A stretch of 64,000 nucleotides of DNA from an uncultured Candidatus Binatia bacterium. Its GTDB lineage: Bacteria; Desulfobacterota; Binatia; Bin18. This document shows, piece by piece, positions 10,188-20,815 of the stretch (the stretch's first letter is position 1; each line of letters opens with the position of its first letter). Below the pieces are notes generated by a model, which was not told the DNA's origin, made no database searches, and saw nothing but the letters and a program-made list of their open reading frames with translations. The position numbers were made by a program, and so were the translations under genes. The stretch is from assembly GCA_965214605.1 (NCBI GenBank), contig OZ243961.1:4192001-4256000 (forward strand), in the 5' to 3' direction.

Positions 10188-10655
10188 TCAGCGTCCTTCG
10201 CCAATCAAGCGGACGATGGCAGCTTGCAGTTGCTCCGCGTCGTCTTCATTGAGACCGGCCTCACACTTGGGAAACAGCTCACGTTCTTCGCTGCGAACGT
10301 GGCGTTCAAGCAGTCGGCCAAACGCTTTGAGCTGAGCGGTGAAATGAGACGGGGTGGCCTGCTCGAGCGCTTGAACCTGGCTGCGCATTTCCGCGTGTTC
10401 GGCGAGCAGCGTGTCGAGTAGAGGGATGGTTTGGGGCAGCGTCTCACGGATGAGGGGAAACAGGGCCTGCTCTTCGGCCTGAAAGTGGGTGGTCAGCTTG
10501 GTATGAAAAAAGCGGATGGTGTCCTGAGCTTGGGCTTGCGGGCTGTCGGTCGGCTGCCGGGTAGGTGGGAAACCCTGGACTAGGCGAAAGGCCAGCAGCA
10601 GGGCGACATGATGCTCGCGTGACAACGGAACCAGGCTGGGATGACGTTTGGCCAC
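10188..10655 (-). CDS. Hemerythrin/HHE domain protein
   Basis: 'KRHPSLVPLSREHH', 'HFQAEEQALFP', 'LLAEH', 'HVRSEERELFP'. GTG start after AGGAG. Confidence 0.85.
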   Translation of the reverse strand: MAKRHPSLVPLSREHHVALLLAFRLVQGFPPTRQPTDSPQAQAQDTIRFFHTKLTTHFQAEEQALFPLIRETLPQTIPLLDTLLAEHAEMRSQVQALEQATPSHFTAQLKAFGRLLERHVRSEERELFPKCEAGLNEDDAEQLQAAIVRLIGEGR

Positions 10656-10668
10656 AGAACTCACTCCT

Positions 10669-12585
10669 CTATACATCAACCTCATCGACCTTTGGTGCGC
10701 GGTCCATGATGAAGGTAAAGCGGGGCTGGACCTCTTTGCCCATCAGGGTTTGAAGGGCCGCGTCCGTCCGCTCGGCATCTTCAATCGTCACCTGGAGAAG
10801 CGTGCGCGAACGCGGGTCAAGCGTAGTTTCTTTGAGGGTCGCGGGGTTCATCTCGCCCAGGCCCTTAAAGCGTTGGACGTAGGCCTGTTTGGCGTTCCCG
10901 TTCTGCTCGGATAAAATCCGATCTTTGTGGGCCTCGTCGACCGCCCACATGAGTGCCTTGTCGATTTCAATTTTATACAGCGGCGGCTGGGCAATATATA
11001 CATGGCCGTGTCGAATCAGCTCTGGGAGGTGACGGTAAAAGAAGGTCAGCAGCAGGGTGCAGATATGGTTGCCGTCTGAATCGGCGTCCATCAGCAGGCA
11101 GATCTTGTGGTAGCGCAGTTTGGATACATTACAGGTGTTACCGATCCCACAGCCGAGGGCCGACACAATATCGCCTAATTCTTTGTTAGTAAGCACTTTT
11201 TTGAGCGTTGCCTGCTCGGTATTAAGCACTTTGCCGCGCAGCGGCAGGATGGCCTGGGTACGGCGGTCGCGACCCTGTTTGGCGGAGCCGCCGGCCGAGT
11301 CGCCCTCAACGATGAACAACTCACTCACTGCCGGATTGGTCGACGAGCAGTCGGCCAATTTGCCTGGCAGATTGAGCCGGTGGGAAACCGAACTTTTGTT
11401 GCGAACGGTTTCTAACGCGGCACGCGAGGCGGTTCGGGCGCGGACGGCCAGAATTATCCGCTGGGCAATCGCCTGAGCCTGGCTACGATTCTGGAGGAGA
11501 AAATTTTCGAGCGCGATACGGATCAGGCCGTCGATTTTGGCGCTGACCTCAGGGTTGCCAAGCTTTTCTTTGGTCTGGCCCTGAAACTGGGGGTGCTTTA
11601 AGTACAGGCTCAGAATGGCGACTATGCCCTCTCGGGTGTCTTCGGCGGTCAGGTTGAGCCCTTTGGGCAGCAGGTCGTTCACATTCAAATAATTCCGCAC
11701 GGCTTTTACTATCCCGGTTTTGAGGCCGTTTTCGTGTGTGCCGCCAAACGGAGTGGGAATCCCATTGACAAAGGTGTACAGCCGCTCGTCGGGTGAGGCG
11801 GTCCAGGTCAGGACACACTCAAACACAGGATCGTCCGGCCGCTCCAAGTGAAAAACCTCGGGAATAACGGCTTTTTTGTTGTCTAGCAGTTTGGTCAAAT
11901 AGGCTTTCAGACCGTCCTTGTACTGATAGCGTGTGGCTTGGCCGCTGACCTCATTGCGGAAGGTCAAGCGGAGGCCCTTGTGTAGATAGGCCTTGGCTTC
12001 GAGCCGTTCGGCGATCAGTTCGGGATTGAGCTGAATCGACGGAAAGATGTCGGCGTCGGGACGGAAGCTAATCGTTGTTCCGCTGCCGCGCAGCTCGCCG
12101 TTGGACGTGAGCTGCTCGAGCTTGCTCGTCGCCCGTCCACGGGAAAAGGTCTGCTGCCATTCGGTCCCCCCGCGCTTAACACGAGCGATGAGTTGATCGG
12201 ACAGGGCGGTGACAACCGAGGCCCCGACCCCGTGTAAACCGCCCGAGTGCGAGTAGTTCAGGCCCTCGAACTTGCCCCCGGCGTGCAGAGTGGTCAGGAT
12301 AAGCTCCAGGGCCGATTTCTCAAACTTGGGATGGATATCAACTGGGATGCCCCGGCCGTTATCGCTAACGCTGACCGTTGTCCCATCCTTGTGCAGCCGG
12401 ACTTCGATTCGGCTGGCATACCCGTTCATGGCCTCATCCACGGCGTTATCCAGCAGCTCCCACACCAGATGGTGCAACCCGACGCTGTCCACCCCGCCGA
12501 TATACATCCCGGGCCGTTTGCGGACCGGCTCTAGGCCTTCCAGAACCGTAATGTCTTTGGCCGTGTAACTATTTTGGGCTGCCAT
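10669..12585 (-). CDS. parE: Type IIA topoisomerase B subunit (topo IV-like, ParE)
   Basis: '[17 protein letters not shown]', 'GGLHGVG', '[14 protein letters not shown]', 'PLRGK', 'DADSDG', 'QRFKGLGEM'. About 640 aa without the gyrase insertion. The parE versus gyrB call is inferred from the partner subunit. Confidence 0.8.
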   Translation of the reverse strand: MAAQNSYTAKDITVLEGLEPVRKRPGMYIGGVDSVGLHHLVWELLDNAVDEAMNGYASRIEVRLHKDGTTVSVSDNGRGIPVDIHPKFEKSALELILTTLHAGGKFEGLNYSHSGGLHGVGASVVTALSDQLIARVKRGGTEWQQTFSRGRATSKLEQLTSNGELRGSGTTISFRPDADIFPSIQLNPELIAERLEAKAYLHKGLRLTFRNEVSGQATRYQYKDGLKAYLTKLLDNKKAVIPEVFHLERPDDPVFECVLTWTASPDERLYTFVNGIPTPFGGTHENGLKTGIVKAVRNYLNVNDLLPKGLNLTAEDTREGIVAILSLYLKHPQFQGQTKEKLGNPEVSAKIDGLIRIALENFLLQNRSQAQAIAQRIILAVRARTASRAALETVRNKSSVSHRLNLPGKLADCSSTNPAVSELFIVEGDSAGGSAKQGRDRRTQAILPLRGKVLNTEQATLKKVLTNKELGDIVSALGCGIGNTCNVSKLRYHKICLLMDADSDGNHICTLLLTFFYRHLPELIRHGHVYIAQPPLYKIEIDKALMWAVDEAHKDRILSEQNGNAKQAYVQRFKGLGEMNPATLKETTLDPRSRTLLQVTIEDAERTDAALQTLMGKEVQPRFTFIMDRAPKVDEVDV

Positions 12586-14923
12586 ACCTTTCCTCCTCAT
12601 CCACCCCACGAACGGCGGTCAGCGCCATGCGTTTGACCAGCCGTTGACCTTTGCCTGCCCGTTGACCGAGCGGAATGCCTTTGACACGTCGTTGTCTGCC
12701 GTCGGAACCCAACACCGTCACCCTGGCGCCCGCTGGTGTGGTGGTCGCGCCGATAAAACGGTCGTCCTTCTCCAGCCGCATGAGGATCACCCCTCGGCCG
12801 GCCCCGGCTAGCTCTGAGACATCTTCGACCGGGAAGGCCAGTAGTTGTCCGCAGTGGGTCGCGCACACCACCTGGGCGTGGCGGATCGGTTCTACAGAGA
12901 CAACCTCATCGCCGTCCGCCAAACGGGCAATTTTACGACCGTTCCGCGTCGTCTCTTCAAGATTGGGACGAAAGCGAAAGCCCAGACCTCGGGCCGTGGC
13001 CAACAGGTAGGACGGGCCGGTCCCGGAGCCGCCTTGGGCCGCCGCTTCGAACAGATCGGCCTGGTCGTTTGCAGACGTCGAGCCGTTGCTGGCCGGGGCG
13101 GGTGAGGGCTTATCGCTGACCAAACTTACAGTGACAATTTGCTCCCGGTCCTGAAAGTGAAACACGGTCTGGATCGGTTCACCGTAGCCGGTCGAGGCGG
13201 GAACATCGCGGAGCTTGAGTACATATAGGCCGCCTTTATTGGTGAAAAAAGCCAGCCGGTCCCGTGTGGTGCCGGTCAAAATCGTCTGAATACCATCGCC
13301 CTCGCGCAGACGAGGGCTGGTCGGGTCCTTGAGTTCGCGCACGCGTTTGATCCATCCGTCGCGACTGAGGACGACGGTGGCTTCTTCGTGGACAATATAG
13401 GCTTCGGGATCGTAGTTGAGTTCTTCTCCGGCCCGCAGCGCGCTACGCCGTTTGTCGCCGTAGCGCTTGCTCAGTTCGCGCAACTCGTCCCCAATCACTG
13501 TCCAGCGTTTGGTTTCTTCTGCAAGCAGGCCGCGCAGCTTGCCGGCCCGTTCTTCTTTGTCAGCCTGCTCGGTCTGGATTTTGTCGATTTCCAGCCGCGC
13601 TAGCTGGTACAGACGGATTTCGAGAATTGCCTCGGTCTGCGATTCGTCAAGCCCAAAGCCGGCCATGAGTTTGCGGCGGGCGTCTTGGCGTGACTCCGCA
13701 GTGCGAATGGCGTGGATCACCGCATCTAGACGGCCGGCAATCAGGCTCAGACCGGCCAAGATGTGTAGGCGGGTCTCCAACTCAGCCAGCTCGTGGGCAA
13801 AGCGTTTGGTGATGACCTCAAGACGAAAGTCCAGAAAATACCGACACAGGTCTCTGAGCGTGGCCCTGAGCGGCTGACCGACCAACGGGCTGGTGGTGGT
13901 CGGGACTAGGCAGGTCAGGTTGATCGGATACGAGATCTGTAGCGACGTATGGCGACACAGATAGGCCAGGGCCAACTCTTCGGAACTGTCTCCCTTGAGT
14001 TCCAGCACAATCCGGATATCGTCGGTCGACTCATCGCGTACATCAAGGATCTGCGGGACTTTGCGCGTGACCACCAGCTCGGCAATTTTTTCGACCAGCT
14101 GAGCTTTATTCACGGTGTAGGGCAGGGAGGTAATCACAACCTGGCGTTTGCCGCGCGGCAGCGCTTCCACCCGCCACTCCCCCCGCAGCTTGAGCGTGCC
14201 CTGGCCGGTTTCGTATATTTGGCGCAGCTCACTTCTAGAGGTCAGAATTTCCCCTCCGGTCGGGAAGTCAGGGCCTTTGATTGAGCGCAGTAAGCCTGCG
14301 GTAGTGATGTCCGGGTTGTTAAGCATGGCCAGCAGGGCTTTCACGACCTCATGAAAATTATGCGGTGGGATATTGGTGGCCATGCCGACAGCGATACCGC
14401 TGGCCCCGTTCAGCAACAGCTGGGGGAGGGCGGATGGCAGCACGACCGGTTCATCAACCGTGGCATCGTAGTTTGGACGGTAGGGAATTGTTTGACCCCG
14501 TAGATCGCGAAACAACTCTTCGGCCAAGGGCACCAGCTTGGCCTCGGTATAACGCATGGCCGCGGCATTATCGCCGTCCAGCGAGCCAAAATTGCCCTCA
14601 CCGTGAACCAACGGATAGCGCATTGAGAAGGGCTGAGCCAGGCGGACCATGGCGTCATACGCAGCTTGGTCGCCGTGGGGATGGTATTTGCCGAGTACTT
14701 CGCCGACTACCGCGGCCGATTTGCGTGGTCTGGCATTCCCGCCCAGACGCAGGTTTTGGAACATGGCATACAACAGCCGCCGCTGGACCGGTTTGAGCCC
14801 ATCGCGCACATCAGGCAGCGCCCGTGAGGTAATCACGCTCAGCGCGTAGTTGAGATAGCGTCCTTCGGCCTGTTGGACCAGGTCTACAGGGAGAATCCGC
14901 TCTGCCACCGCCGACTGTTTCAT
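12569..14923 (-). CDS. parC: Type IIA topoisomerase A subunit (topo IV-like, ParC)
   Basis: '[16 protein letters not shown]', 'KYHPHGD', 'AAMRYTE' (catalytic Tyr), '[14 protein letters not shown]', 'GPDFPTG'. No GyrA-box at the start of a shortened CTD. Confidence 0.8.
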   Translation of the reverse strand: MKQSAVAERILPVDLVQQAEGRYLNYALSVITSRALPDVRDGLKPVQRRLLYAMFQNLRLGGNARPRKSAAVVGEVLGKYHPHGDQAAYDAMVRLAQPFSMRYPLVHGEGNFGSLDGDNAAAMRYTEAKLVPLAEELFRDLRGQTIPYRPNYDATVDEPVVLPSALPQLLLNGASGIAVGMATNIPPHNFHEVVKALLAMLNNPDITTAGLLRSIKGPDFPTGGEILTSRSELRQIYETGQGTLKLRGEWRVEALPRGKRQVVITSLPYTVNKAQLVEKIAELVVTRKVPQILDVRDESTDDIRIVLELKGDSSEELALAYLCRHTSLQISYPINLTCLVPTTTSPLVGQPLRATLRDLCRYFLDFRLEVITKRFAHELAELETRLHILAGLSLIAGRLDAVIHAIRTAESRQDARRKLMAGFGLDESQTEAILEIRLYQLARLEIDKIQTEQADKEERAGKLRGLLAEETKRWTVIGDELRELSKRYGDKRRSALRAGEELNYDPEAYIVHEEATVVLSRDGWIKRVRELKDPTSPRLREGDGIQTILTGTTRDRLAFFTNKGGLYVLKLRDVPASTGYGEPIQTVFHFQDREQIVTVSLVSDKPSPAPASNGSTSANDQADLFEAAAQGGSGTGPSYLLATARGLGFRFRPNLEETTRNGRKIARLADGDEVVSVEPIRHAQVVCATHCGQLLAFPVEDVSELAGAGRGVILMRLEKDDRFIGATTTPAGARVTVLGSDGRQRRVKGIPLGQRAGKGQRLVKRMALTAVRGVDEEERYGSPK

Positions 14924-15022
14924 ACATCCTCCTCCACCAGCGAATTATAGGCGAATTGAAAGCGAAAGCTCAACGGGGCTTTTGCGCTCCTTACTGATCT
15001 TTCCGTCATTGGTCAAGGGCTG

Positions 15023-15400
15023 GTGGATAAGCGGAGCGGGTCAAGAGAGATAAGGGGAAAAATATCTTGCTCCCGTATTCATGATTGGAGGAAACACCTA
15101 TCGTGTGATGGTCTTGGCTCATTGCCATCGGGGCTAAAGTCTCTATGCGCCATGTCCTGGCCGCTGAGATTGGCTGGCCCTCCGTCCGCTCTTGGACATA
15201 CGGCACGAGTCCCGGATTACAGCGGACGGGAGAGGGTGAGTTCCGTCATGGAGGAGCAGCGACTCAAGCAGGCCAACCGTCCTGAAAGAGACTCTCACGG
15301 GATTGTCTCGGAGCTCTTGAGGGGCAGGCAGGAGCCGAACGTCCGACAGGTCCGCGCTCTTGCCAAGCCGACCGGGGTCTTACCGGAGGGGTTTCTCTGG
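15023..15400 (+). pseudogene. Degenerate higB-higA toxin-antitoxin relic
   Basis: From 15075, 'VFMIGGNTYRVMVLAHCHRG*' then a frameshift to 'KVSMRHVL' matches the HigB 'VFNIGGNKYRL...KVYIRHVL' pattern. About 15209-15400, 'MEEQRLKQA...HGIVSELLRGRQEPNVRQVRALAK..GV' matches the HigA HTH. Confidence 0.7.
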
Positions 15401-15499
15401 GCAGAACCGCTCCAAGGCTATTGTCGTGAAGACCGCGACTTCTCACAGGAATATCTGAGCGTCGCTCGCTCCGTCCCAAACGTGCCGGCAAGGGGGAGT

Positions 15500-16354
15500 T
15501 CAACTCCCAAAAAATTCTAGAGCTTGCTGAATCACAAACTCGGGCTTCTCTTCGGCGATAAAGTGACCGCACTCGGCCACCGCCCCACCCCGAACGTTCT
15601 CGGCCACACCCTGCCACACGGACACAATGTCGGCCAGGAAGCGCTCTCCGCCCCAGGCCAGAACCGGCATCTTCAGTTTCTCGGTACAGCGTTTGAGGTT
15701 CTCCAGGTCCTTATTCAAACCGGTGGCGTAATACTGAAAGCCAGCGCGTAAGGCTCCGGGTGCCGAGTAAACCCGGACATATTCGTCAATGTCTTCTTTG
15801 CTGAAGACGGTTGGACTGTAGTTGTAATCTGGTGAGGTGTAAAAATGGCTCAGATAGGCCCGGACGTTGGTGCTGACCAGCTTTTCAGCCAGGTCGGGGA
15901 TACCGGCATGAAAAAACACGTGCCAGAAGCGCCGCGCGACCTGGAGGTCCATTTTATCGCCGGTACGGCCCAGGCCCGGTATCATATCCAGTATCATCAG
16001 CCGCTCGACCATTTCGGGGTGATCGTAGGCCAGATAGTAGGCCACCGCCCCGCCCCAGTCGTGGCCGGTTAGGCCGATCTTTTCATGACCCAGAGACTGG
16101 AGCAGAGCGTGCACATCAGAGGCTAGGGTGCGTTTGTCATACCCGGTTAACGGTCGGCCAGAATCACCCAGTCCGCGCAGATCCGGGGCAATCACTGTAA
16201 AATGCTCGGCCAGGGGCGGAATAATCTTGCGCCACTCATACCAACTCTGCGGCCAGCCGTGGACAAAGACCAGCGGATAACCGGAACCGGCCGTGACGTA
16301 GTGCATGCGAAAGCCGTTGATCATTTTGGTGTGATGGGTAAAAAGCTCGGACAT
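15500..16354 (-). CDS. Alpha/beta hydrolase (epoxide hydrolase/haloacid dehalogenase-like)
   Basis: 'HGWPQ', 'PDLRGLGDS', 'GHDWGG' (Asp nucleophile), 'CGHFIAEE'. Confidence 0.92.
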   Translation of the reverse strand: MSELFTHHTKMINGFRMHYVTAGSGYPLVFVHGWPQSWYEWRKIIPPLAEHFTVIAPDLRGLGDSGRPLTGYDKRTLASDVHALLQSLGHEKIGLTGHDWGGAVAYYLAYDHPEMVERLMILDMIPGLGRTGDKMDLQVARRFWHVFFHAGIPDLAEKLVSTNVRAYLSHFYTSPDYNYSPTVFSKEDIDEYVRVYSAPGALRAGFQYYATGLNKDLENLKRCTEKLKMPVLAWGGERFLADIVSVWQGVAENVRGGAVAECGHFIAEEKPEFVIQQALEFFGS

Positions 16355-16401
16355 GGATCGCCTCCTGTTTTAATAAGCATCCTATGGTAGGATGCTGGGT
16401 A

Positions 16402-17430
16402 ATGAAAGAGCCTGTTTTTCTCCAGACCTGCCGCCGTCAACCAACCCCATACACGCCGGTGTGGTTGATGCGCCAGGCTGGGCGCTATATGCCCGAGTAC
16501 CGTGCGCTACGAGCCAAGGTTTCGTTTCTGGAACTGTGTAAAACGCCGGATCTGGCTGCCCAGGTGACGGTTGACGCGGTTGAGCGGCTGGGGGTTGATG
16601 CGGCCATTATCTTTGCTGATATTCTGCTGATTGTGGAGCCGATGGGGGTCGGCTTGGAGTTTGCCCAGGGCGATGGGCCAATCATTCACCGGCCGCTCCG
16701 TTCGGGCCGAGACATTGACCGGGTGCAAGACAGGCCCGCTGCACAGGCCCTGGACTTTGTGTGTGAGGCGGTGCGTAAGGCCCGGGCTGCGTTGCCCCAG
16801 GATATTGCTCTGATCGGATTTGCAGGAGCTCCTTTCACTGTTGCGTCGTATCTGATCGAAGGTGGTGGATCGCGCCATTATCTTGAGACCAAGCGCCTGA
16901 TGTACGCCGACCCCGAAGCCTGGCGGACGCTAATGGCCTATCTTGTCCGCGTGACAACCGACTATCTGAATGGACAGATCGCGGCCGGAGCGCAGGCCGT
17001 TCAGCTATTTGACTCGTGGGTCGGCTGTTTATCGCCCGACGACTACCGAAACTTCGTCCTGCCCCATATGCAGGCGCTGATAGGCGGCCTCACTCCGAAG
17101 GTGCCGGTCATCCACTTTGGCACCAACACGGCCAGCCTGCTTGAGCTGCTGGCCCAGGCTGGCGGCGATGTGATCGGGGTGGACTGGCGCACTGACCTCG
17201 ACGTTGCCTGGTCCCGGATCGGCTTTGATCGAGCGGTGCAGGGCAATCTCGATCCGGTCAGCCTGTTTGCCCCGTTCGATATCCTCCGCGGGCGGGTCGC
17301 GCGGGTGCTGAACGCGGCGGCGAGTCGCCCAGGACACGTGTTTAACCTCGGCCACGGTATTTTGCCCCGCACGCCGGTCGAGCAGGTGATTGCCCTGGTC
17401 GAGCTCGTGCACGAAATGTCAGCCAGATGA
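16402..17430 (+). CDS. hemE: Uroporphyrinogen decarboxylase
   Basis: 'PVWLMRQAGRYMPEYR', 'DAAIIFADIL', 'LIGFAGAPFT', 'FDSW', 'QGNLDP', 'NLGHG'. Confidence 0.97.
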   Translation: MKEPVFLQTCRRQPTPYTPVWLMRQAGRYMPEYRALRAKVSFLELCKTPDLAAQVTVDAVERLGVDAAIIFADILLIVEPMGVGLEFAQGDGPIIHRPLRSGRDIDRVQDRPAAQALDFVCEAVRKARAALPQDIALIGFAGAPFTVASYLIEGGGSRHYLETKRLMYADPEAWRTLMAYLVRVTTDYLNGQIAAGAQAVQLFDSWVGCLSPDDYRNFVLPHMQALIGGLTPKVPVIHFGTNTASLLELLAQAGGDVIGVDWRTDLDVAWSRIGFDRAVQGNLDPVSLFAPFDILRGRVARVLNAAASRPGHVFNLGHGILPRTPVEQVIALVELVHEMSAR

Positions 17431-17484
17431 AAATTGAGCCAACAGGCCCGTCCCCATTCACGTTTGACGCCCTCCAGTATCCCC

Positions 17485-18411
17485 ATGCCTTTTGACGCGG
17501 TCCTGCTCATTGCCTTTGGCGGCCCGGAAAAGATGGACGAGGTGCGCCCCTTTCTGGCCAACGTCTTACGCGGACGACCCACCTCGCCCCAACGACTCGA
17601 AGCGGTTGTCCGTCACTACGCCTTATTGAATGGTCACTCACCGCTTACGGCGATCACCCTGCGCCAAGCCGGCGCCTTGCATGCCGTCCTGGCGCGCAAG
17701 GGACTTGACCTGCCGGTGTATGTTGGGATGCGCAACTGGCATCCGTATTTGTCCGAAACCTTGGCCCGCATGACGGCTGACGGGGTAGGACGCGCCTTGG
17801 GCGTCATAATGTCTGCCCAGCAGAGCGAGGCCGGCTGGCAGCGCTATAAAGACAACGTTGCAGAAGCACAGGAACGGGTCGGGAGTCAGGCCCCCCGTGT
17901 GGACTACATTCCAGGCTGGCACAATCATGCGCTGTTTATCGATACGGTCAGCGCTCTAGCCGAGCGGGAATTCGCTGCGCTCGGTCAGGATAAGCGGCCC
18001 TCCACCCCGCTCGTTTTTACCGCTCACAGCCTACCGAGCGCGATGCCGGGCGTCGCGCGATATGTGGCCCAAATTGAAGAGGGCGCCCGCCTAGTCGCCG
18101 CTAAGATGGAACACGCGGTCTGGCGCACTGCCTACCAGAGTCGGAGCGGCGATCCCCGCACGCCGTGGTTGGAGCCCGATATCGGTAGCGTGTTGCAACA
18201 GCTTGCAGCGGAAGGAGCGCGTGACCTTGTTGTCTGTCCCATCGGATTTGTGTGCGATCATGTGGAAATCCTGTACGACCTGGATATTGAGGCGAGGCAG
18301 GTCGCCGAACGGCTGGGCCTAAACATGCGGCGGGCTAGCACGGTCAACGACCATCCCACATTCATTCAGATGCTGGCAGTGATCGTACAGCAGGAGATTG
18401 AAAGGGCATAA
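17485..18411 (+). CDS. hemH: Ferrochelatase (coproporphyrin/protoporphyrin)
   Basis: 'VLLIAFGGPE', 'GMRNWHPY', 'FTAHSLP', 'YQSRSG', 'WLEPD', 'GFVCDHVEILYDLD'. Confidence 0.93.
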   Translation: MPFDAVLLIAFGGPEKMDEVRPFLANVLRGRPTSPQRLEAVVRHYALLNGHSPLTAITLRQAGALHAVLARKGLDLPVYVGMRNWHPYLSETLARMTADGVGRALGVIMSAQQSEAGWQRYKDNVAEAQERVGSQAPRVDYIPGWHNHALFIDTVSALAEREFAALGQDKRPSTPLVFTAHSLPSAMPGVARYVAQIEEGARLVAAKMEHAVWRTAYQSRSGDPRTPWLEPDIGSVLQQLAAEGARDLVVCPIGFVCDHVEILYDLDIEARQVAERLGLNMRRASTVNDHPTFIQMLAVIVQQEIERA

Positions 18412-18413
18412 AC

Positions 18414-19844
18414 ATGGCATCTGTTCCGGTACACATAGCGATCATCGGTGCGGGTATTGCTGGGCTGGCCGCGGCCTACCGTCTGCAGGAACTGAGCAAG
18501 GAGCGCGAAATCCCGCTGCGCTTTAGCGTGCTTGAAGCCAGTGACCGTTTGGGCGGGACGATTGGGACGGAGCAGCGTGACGGGTTCGTGCTTGAATACG
18601 GTCCCGATTCTTTTATCTCCGAAAAACCGTGGGCCCTGGACCTCTGCCGTCGCCTGGGACTGGAGGATGAACTGATTAGCACCCAAGATCAGTTCCGGAC
18701 CACCTTTGTGGTGCGCCGGGGTCAGCTGGAGCCTTTACCCGAAGGGTTTATGCTCCTGGCTCCGACCCGTTTGGGGTCCCTCGTGCGTTCCCGTATTTTT
18801 TCCTGGCAGGGAAAGCTGCGGATGGGCCTTGATTTGGTTCTACCGCGCGGACAACAGCGAGACGATGAGAGCTTAGGCTCTTTTGTACGACGACGGCTCG
18901 GCCGGGAAGCCCTGGATCGGGTCGCCCAACCCCTGATCGGTGGAATCTACACGGCCGATCCCGACGAGCTGAGCCTGGCCGCAACCATGCCGCGCTTTCT
19001 TCAGATGGAACGGAAACGGCGTAGCCTGATTTATGCTCTGTGGCAAGCCGGGCGTAAAAGCCCCCAAGACGCCAAGGATGCCAGCGGAGCGCGCTGGAGT
19101 CTGTTCGTGACCCTGCGCAACGGTATGCAGCAGATAGTCGATACGCTGGTGGGACGTTTGTCTCTGGGCGTGATTCGTGACAAGACCGCGGTCCGGTCGG
19201 TCCAACCCCGCGACACGGCCTGGCAAATCGAGTGTCAAAACGGCTCCCGTCTCCAGGCCGACGGGGTAATTTTGGCGACGCCTGCTTTTCAAACGGCCCG
19301 GATGCTGCGTGCCTGCGACGCCGAGCTGGCCGACCAATTAGCGGTCATTGGGTACAGTTCAGCTGCCATCGTCAGCCTCGCCTATTATCGCCAGGACATT
19401 CCGCACGCTTTAAACGGCTTTGGTTTTGTTGTACCGCGTATTGAGAACCGCTCAATTATTGCGGGCACGTTTTCCAGCGTGAAATATTCTGGGCGCGCCC
19501 CAGACGGTCGGGTGTTGCTCCGCGCTTTTGTTGGTGGGGCTTTGCAGGCTGAGATGCTTGAGTTGGACGATGACGAGATGGAACGCATGGTCCGCCGAGA
19601 GTTTGCCGCGCTGCTAGGGATCAAAGCTGCCCCGCTGTTTACCCTGATTGCCCGCTATCCGAATTCCATGCCGCAGTATCTGGTCGGCCATCTTGAGCGA
19701 GTGGCCGCCATCGAACACCGACTGGCAGCCCATCCCGGCCTGGCTCTGGCTGGCAACGCTTACCGGGGGGTCGGCATCGCGGATTGTGTGCGCAGTGGGG
19801 AAGCCGCGGCCCAAGACATCTTGGGCCAGCTCAGACCGTCGTAG
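18414..19844 (+). CDS. hemY: HemY-type coproporphyrinogen/protoporphyrinogen oxidase
   Basis: 'IIGAGIAGL' FAD motif, 'E.GPDSF', 'GFGFVVP', 'MPQYLVGH', 'GVGIADC'. Third gene of hemEHY. Confidence 0.93.
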   Translation: MASVPVHIAIIGAGIAGLAAAYRLQELSKEREIPLRFSVLEASDRLGGTIGTEQRDGFVLEYGPDSFISEKPWALDLCRRLGLEDELISTQDQFRTTFVVRRGQLEPLPEGFMLLAPTRLGSLVRSRIFSWQGKLRMGLDLVLPRGQQRDDESLGSFVRRRLGREALDRVAQPLIGGIYTADPDELSLAATMPRFLQMERKRRSLIYALWQAGRKSPQDAKDASGARWSLFVTLRNGMQQIVDTLVGRLSLGVIRDKTAVRSVQPRDTAWQIECQNGSRLQADGVILATPAFQTARMLRACDAELADQLAVIGYSSAAIVSLAYYRQDIPHALNGFGFVVPRIENRSIIAGTFSSVKYSGRAPDGRVLLRAFVGGALQAEMLELDDDEMERMVRREFAALLGIKAAPLFTLIARYPNSMPQYLVGHLERVAAIEHRLAAHPGLALAGNAYRGVGIADCVRSGEAAAQDILGQLRPS

Positions 19845-19919
19845 CTAGAAGCTGGCGGATCCTTGGCCAGCGCTGACTTCCCCACGAACGTATCACCCTT
19901 CGTAAGGTTGCAAAACGCG

Positions 19920-20411
19920 CTAGTACCATCGCTCATCCCACACCAGTAAGGCGACTAACGCGCGGCGCTGGTTGAGCCGGGCATAGGTGTTGGCAGCGGC
20001 AATAGCTTCGCCTTCGTGAAGATAGTAAGAGAGCAGGTCGCCCTGCTTGGTGAAAACGGGGTCGGGCTCGCGCAGCACGACGAGGGGGGGCGAGTCGTTT
20101 GGGGCTACTTGCGCGTCGGGTTGGGAGGAGGGTGCAGGCCAGGGCAGATCTGGGCGCGGCTTTGGCGTGCTGTACACTTTTTCAAGCAACAGGAACTGGG
20201 TAAAATCCTTAGGGATGCGTTCCTGGGCTTCGGCGTAGATATACTCCAACCGTGACTTGTCCAGCAGGAGACTCCAGTTGGGTTTGCGGTGGGTCAGGTA
20301 GAAAAAAACGTAGCCGGCGTCACCACGGCCCGAACGGGTAAACGGCGTTCGAGCTGGCAGGGCGGTTGACGGAAAGTTCCGGTAGTATGGGTTGTAGGGA
20401 CGCTTGGCCAT
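19920..20411 (-). CDS. Hypothetical protein
   Basis: 163-aa ORF with a GGAGAAGG RBS and protein-like composition; no family recognised. Confidence 0.65.
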   Translation of the reverse strand: MAKRPYNPYYRNFPSTALPARTPFTRSGRGDAGYVFFYLTHRKPNWSLLLDKSRLEYIYAEAQERIPKDFTQFLLLEKVYSTPKPRPDLPWPAPSSQPDAQVAPNDSPPLVVLREPDPVFTKQGDLLSYYLHEGEAIAAANTYARLNQRRALVALLVWDERWY

Positions 20412-20442
20412 ACGCCTTCTCCCACATCAGGGCGGTTGAGGG

Positions 20443-20694
20443 CTATGGGGTGTCGGGCAGCGGAGGCATCTTTGGATAGGACGGCAAATCGGGATCGAGT
20501 CTGTCCCAGGGCTGGGCGCTGGAGGTCCAGATGTTTGCGCTCGGCCGAAACCAGCTAGGGTCATCCAGACTGCCCACCCGGATGCCCATTGTATCACCTA
20601 AGATGGCCAGCCGCGTAAAGAGCGGCGTCCCGCACTCGTGGCAAAAGCCCTTGCGAACCGTGTTGCCGCAGGCGCAGCCTCCGGTAAATGCCAT
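20443..20694 (-). pseudogene. GFA/CENP-V family gene with an in-frame internal deletion
   Basis: 'TGGCACG' is joined directly to 'NTVRKGFCHECGTPL...GSLDDP...P.ANIW..SAQPW'. The central CHCxxC segment present in the paralog at 56082 is missing. Strong AGGAGG RBS. Confidence 0.7.
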
Positions 20695-20735
20695 AGGCGT
20701 CCTCCTCATATACTCTCTTCCTAGCATTTTGGCCT

Positions 20736-20764
20736 TTGACACAAAACCCTTTCCCAAATATGAA
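20736..20764 (+). promoter_or_regulatory. Putative sigma70 promoter (TTGACA-N17-TATGAA)
   Basis: Upstream of the cupin-amidohydrolase pair. Confidence 0.45.
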
Positions 20765-20815
20765 GAGAGAGAGACCCGAGAGAGCCTACGGGCGCGAGAG
20801 AAGGAGGATGCTGCT

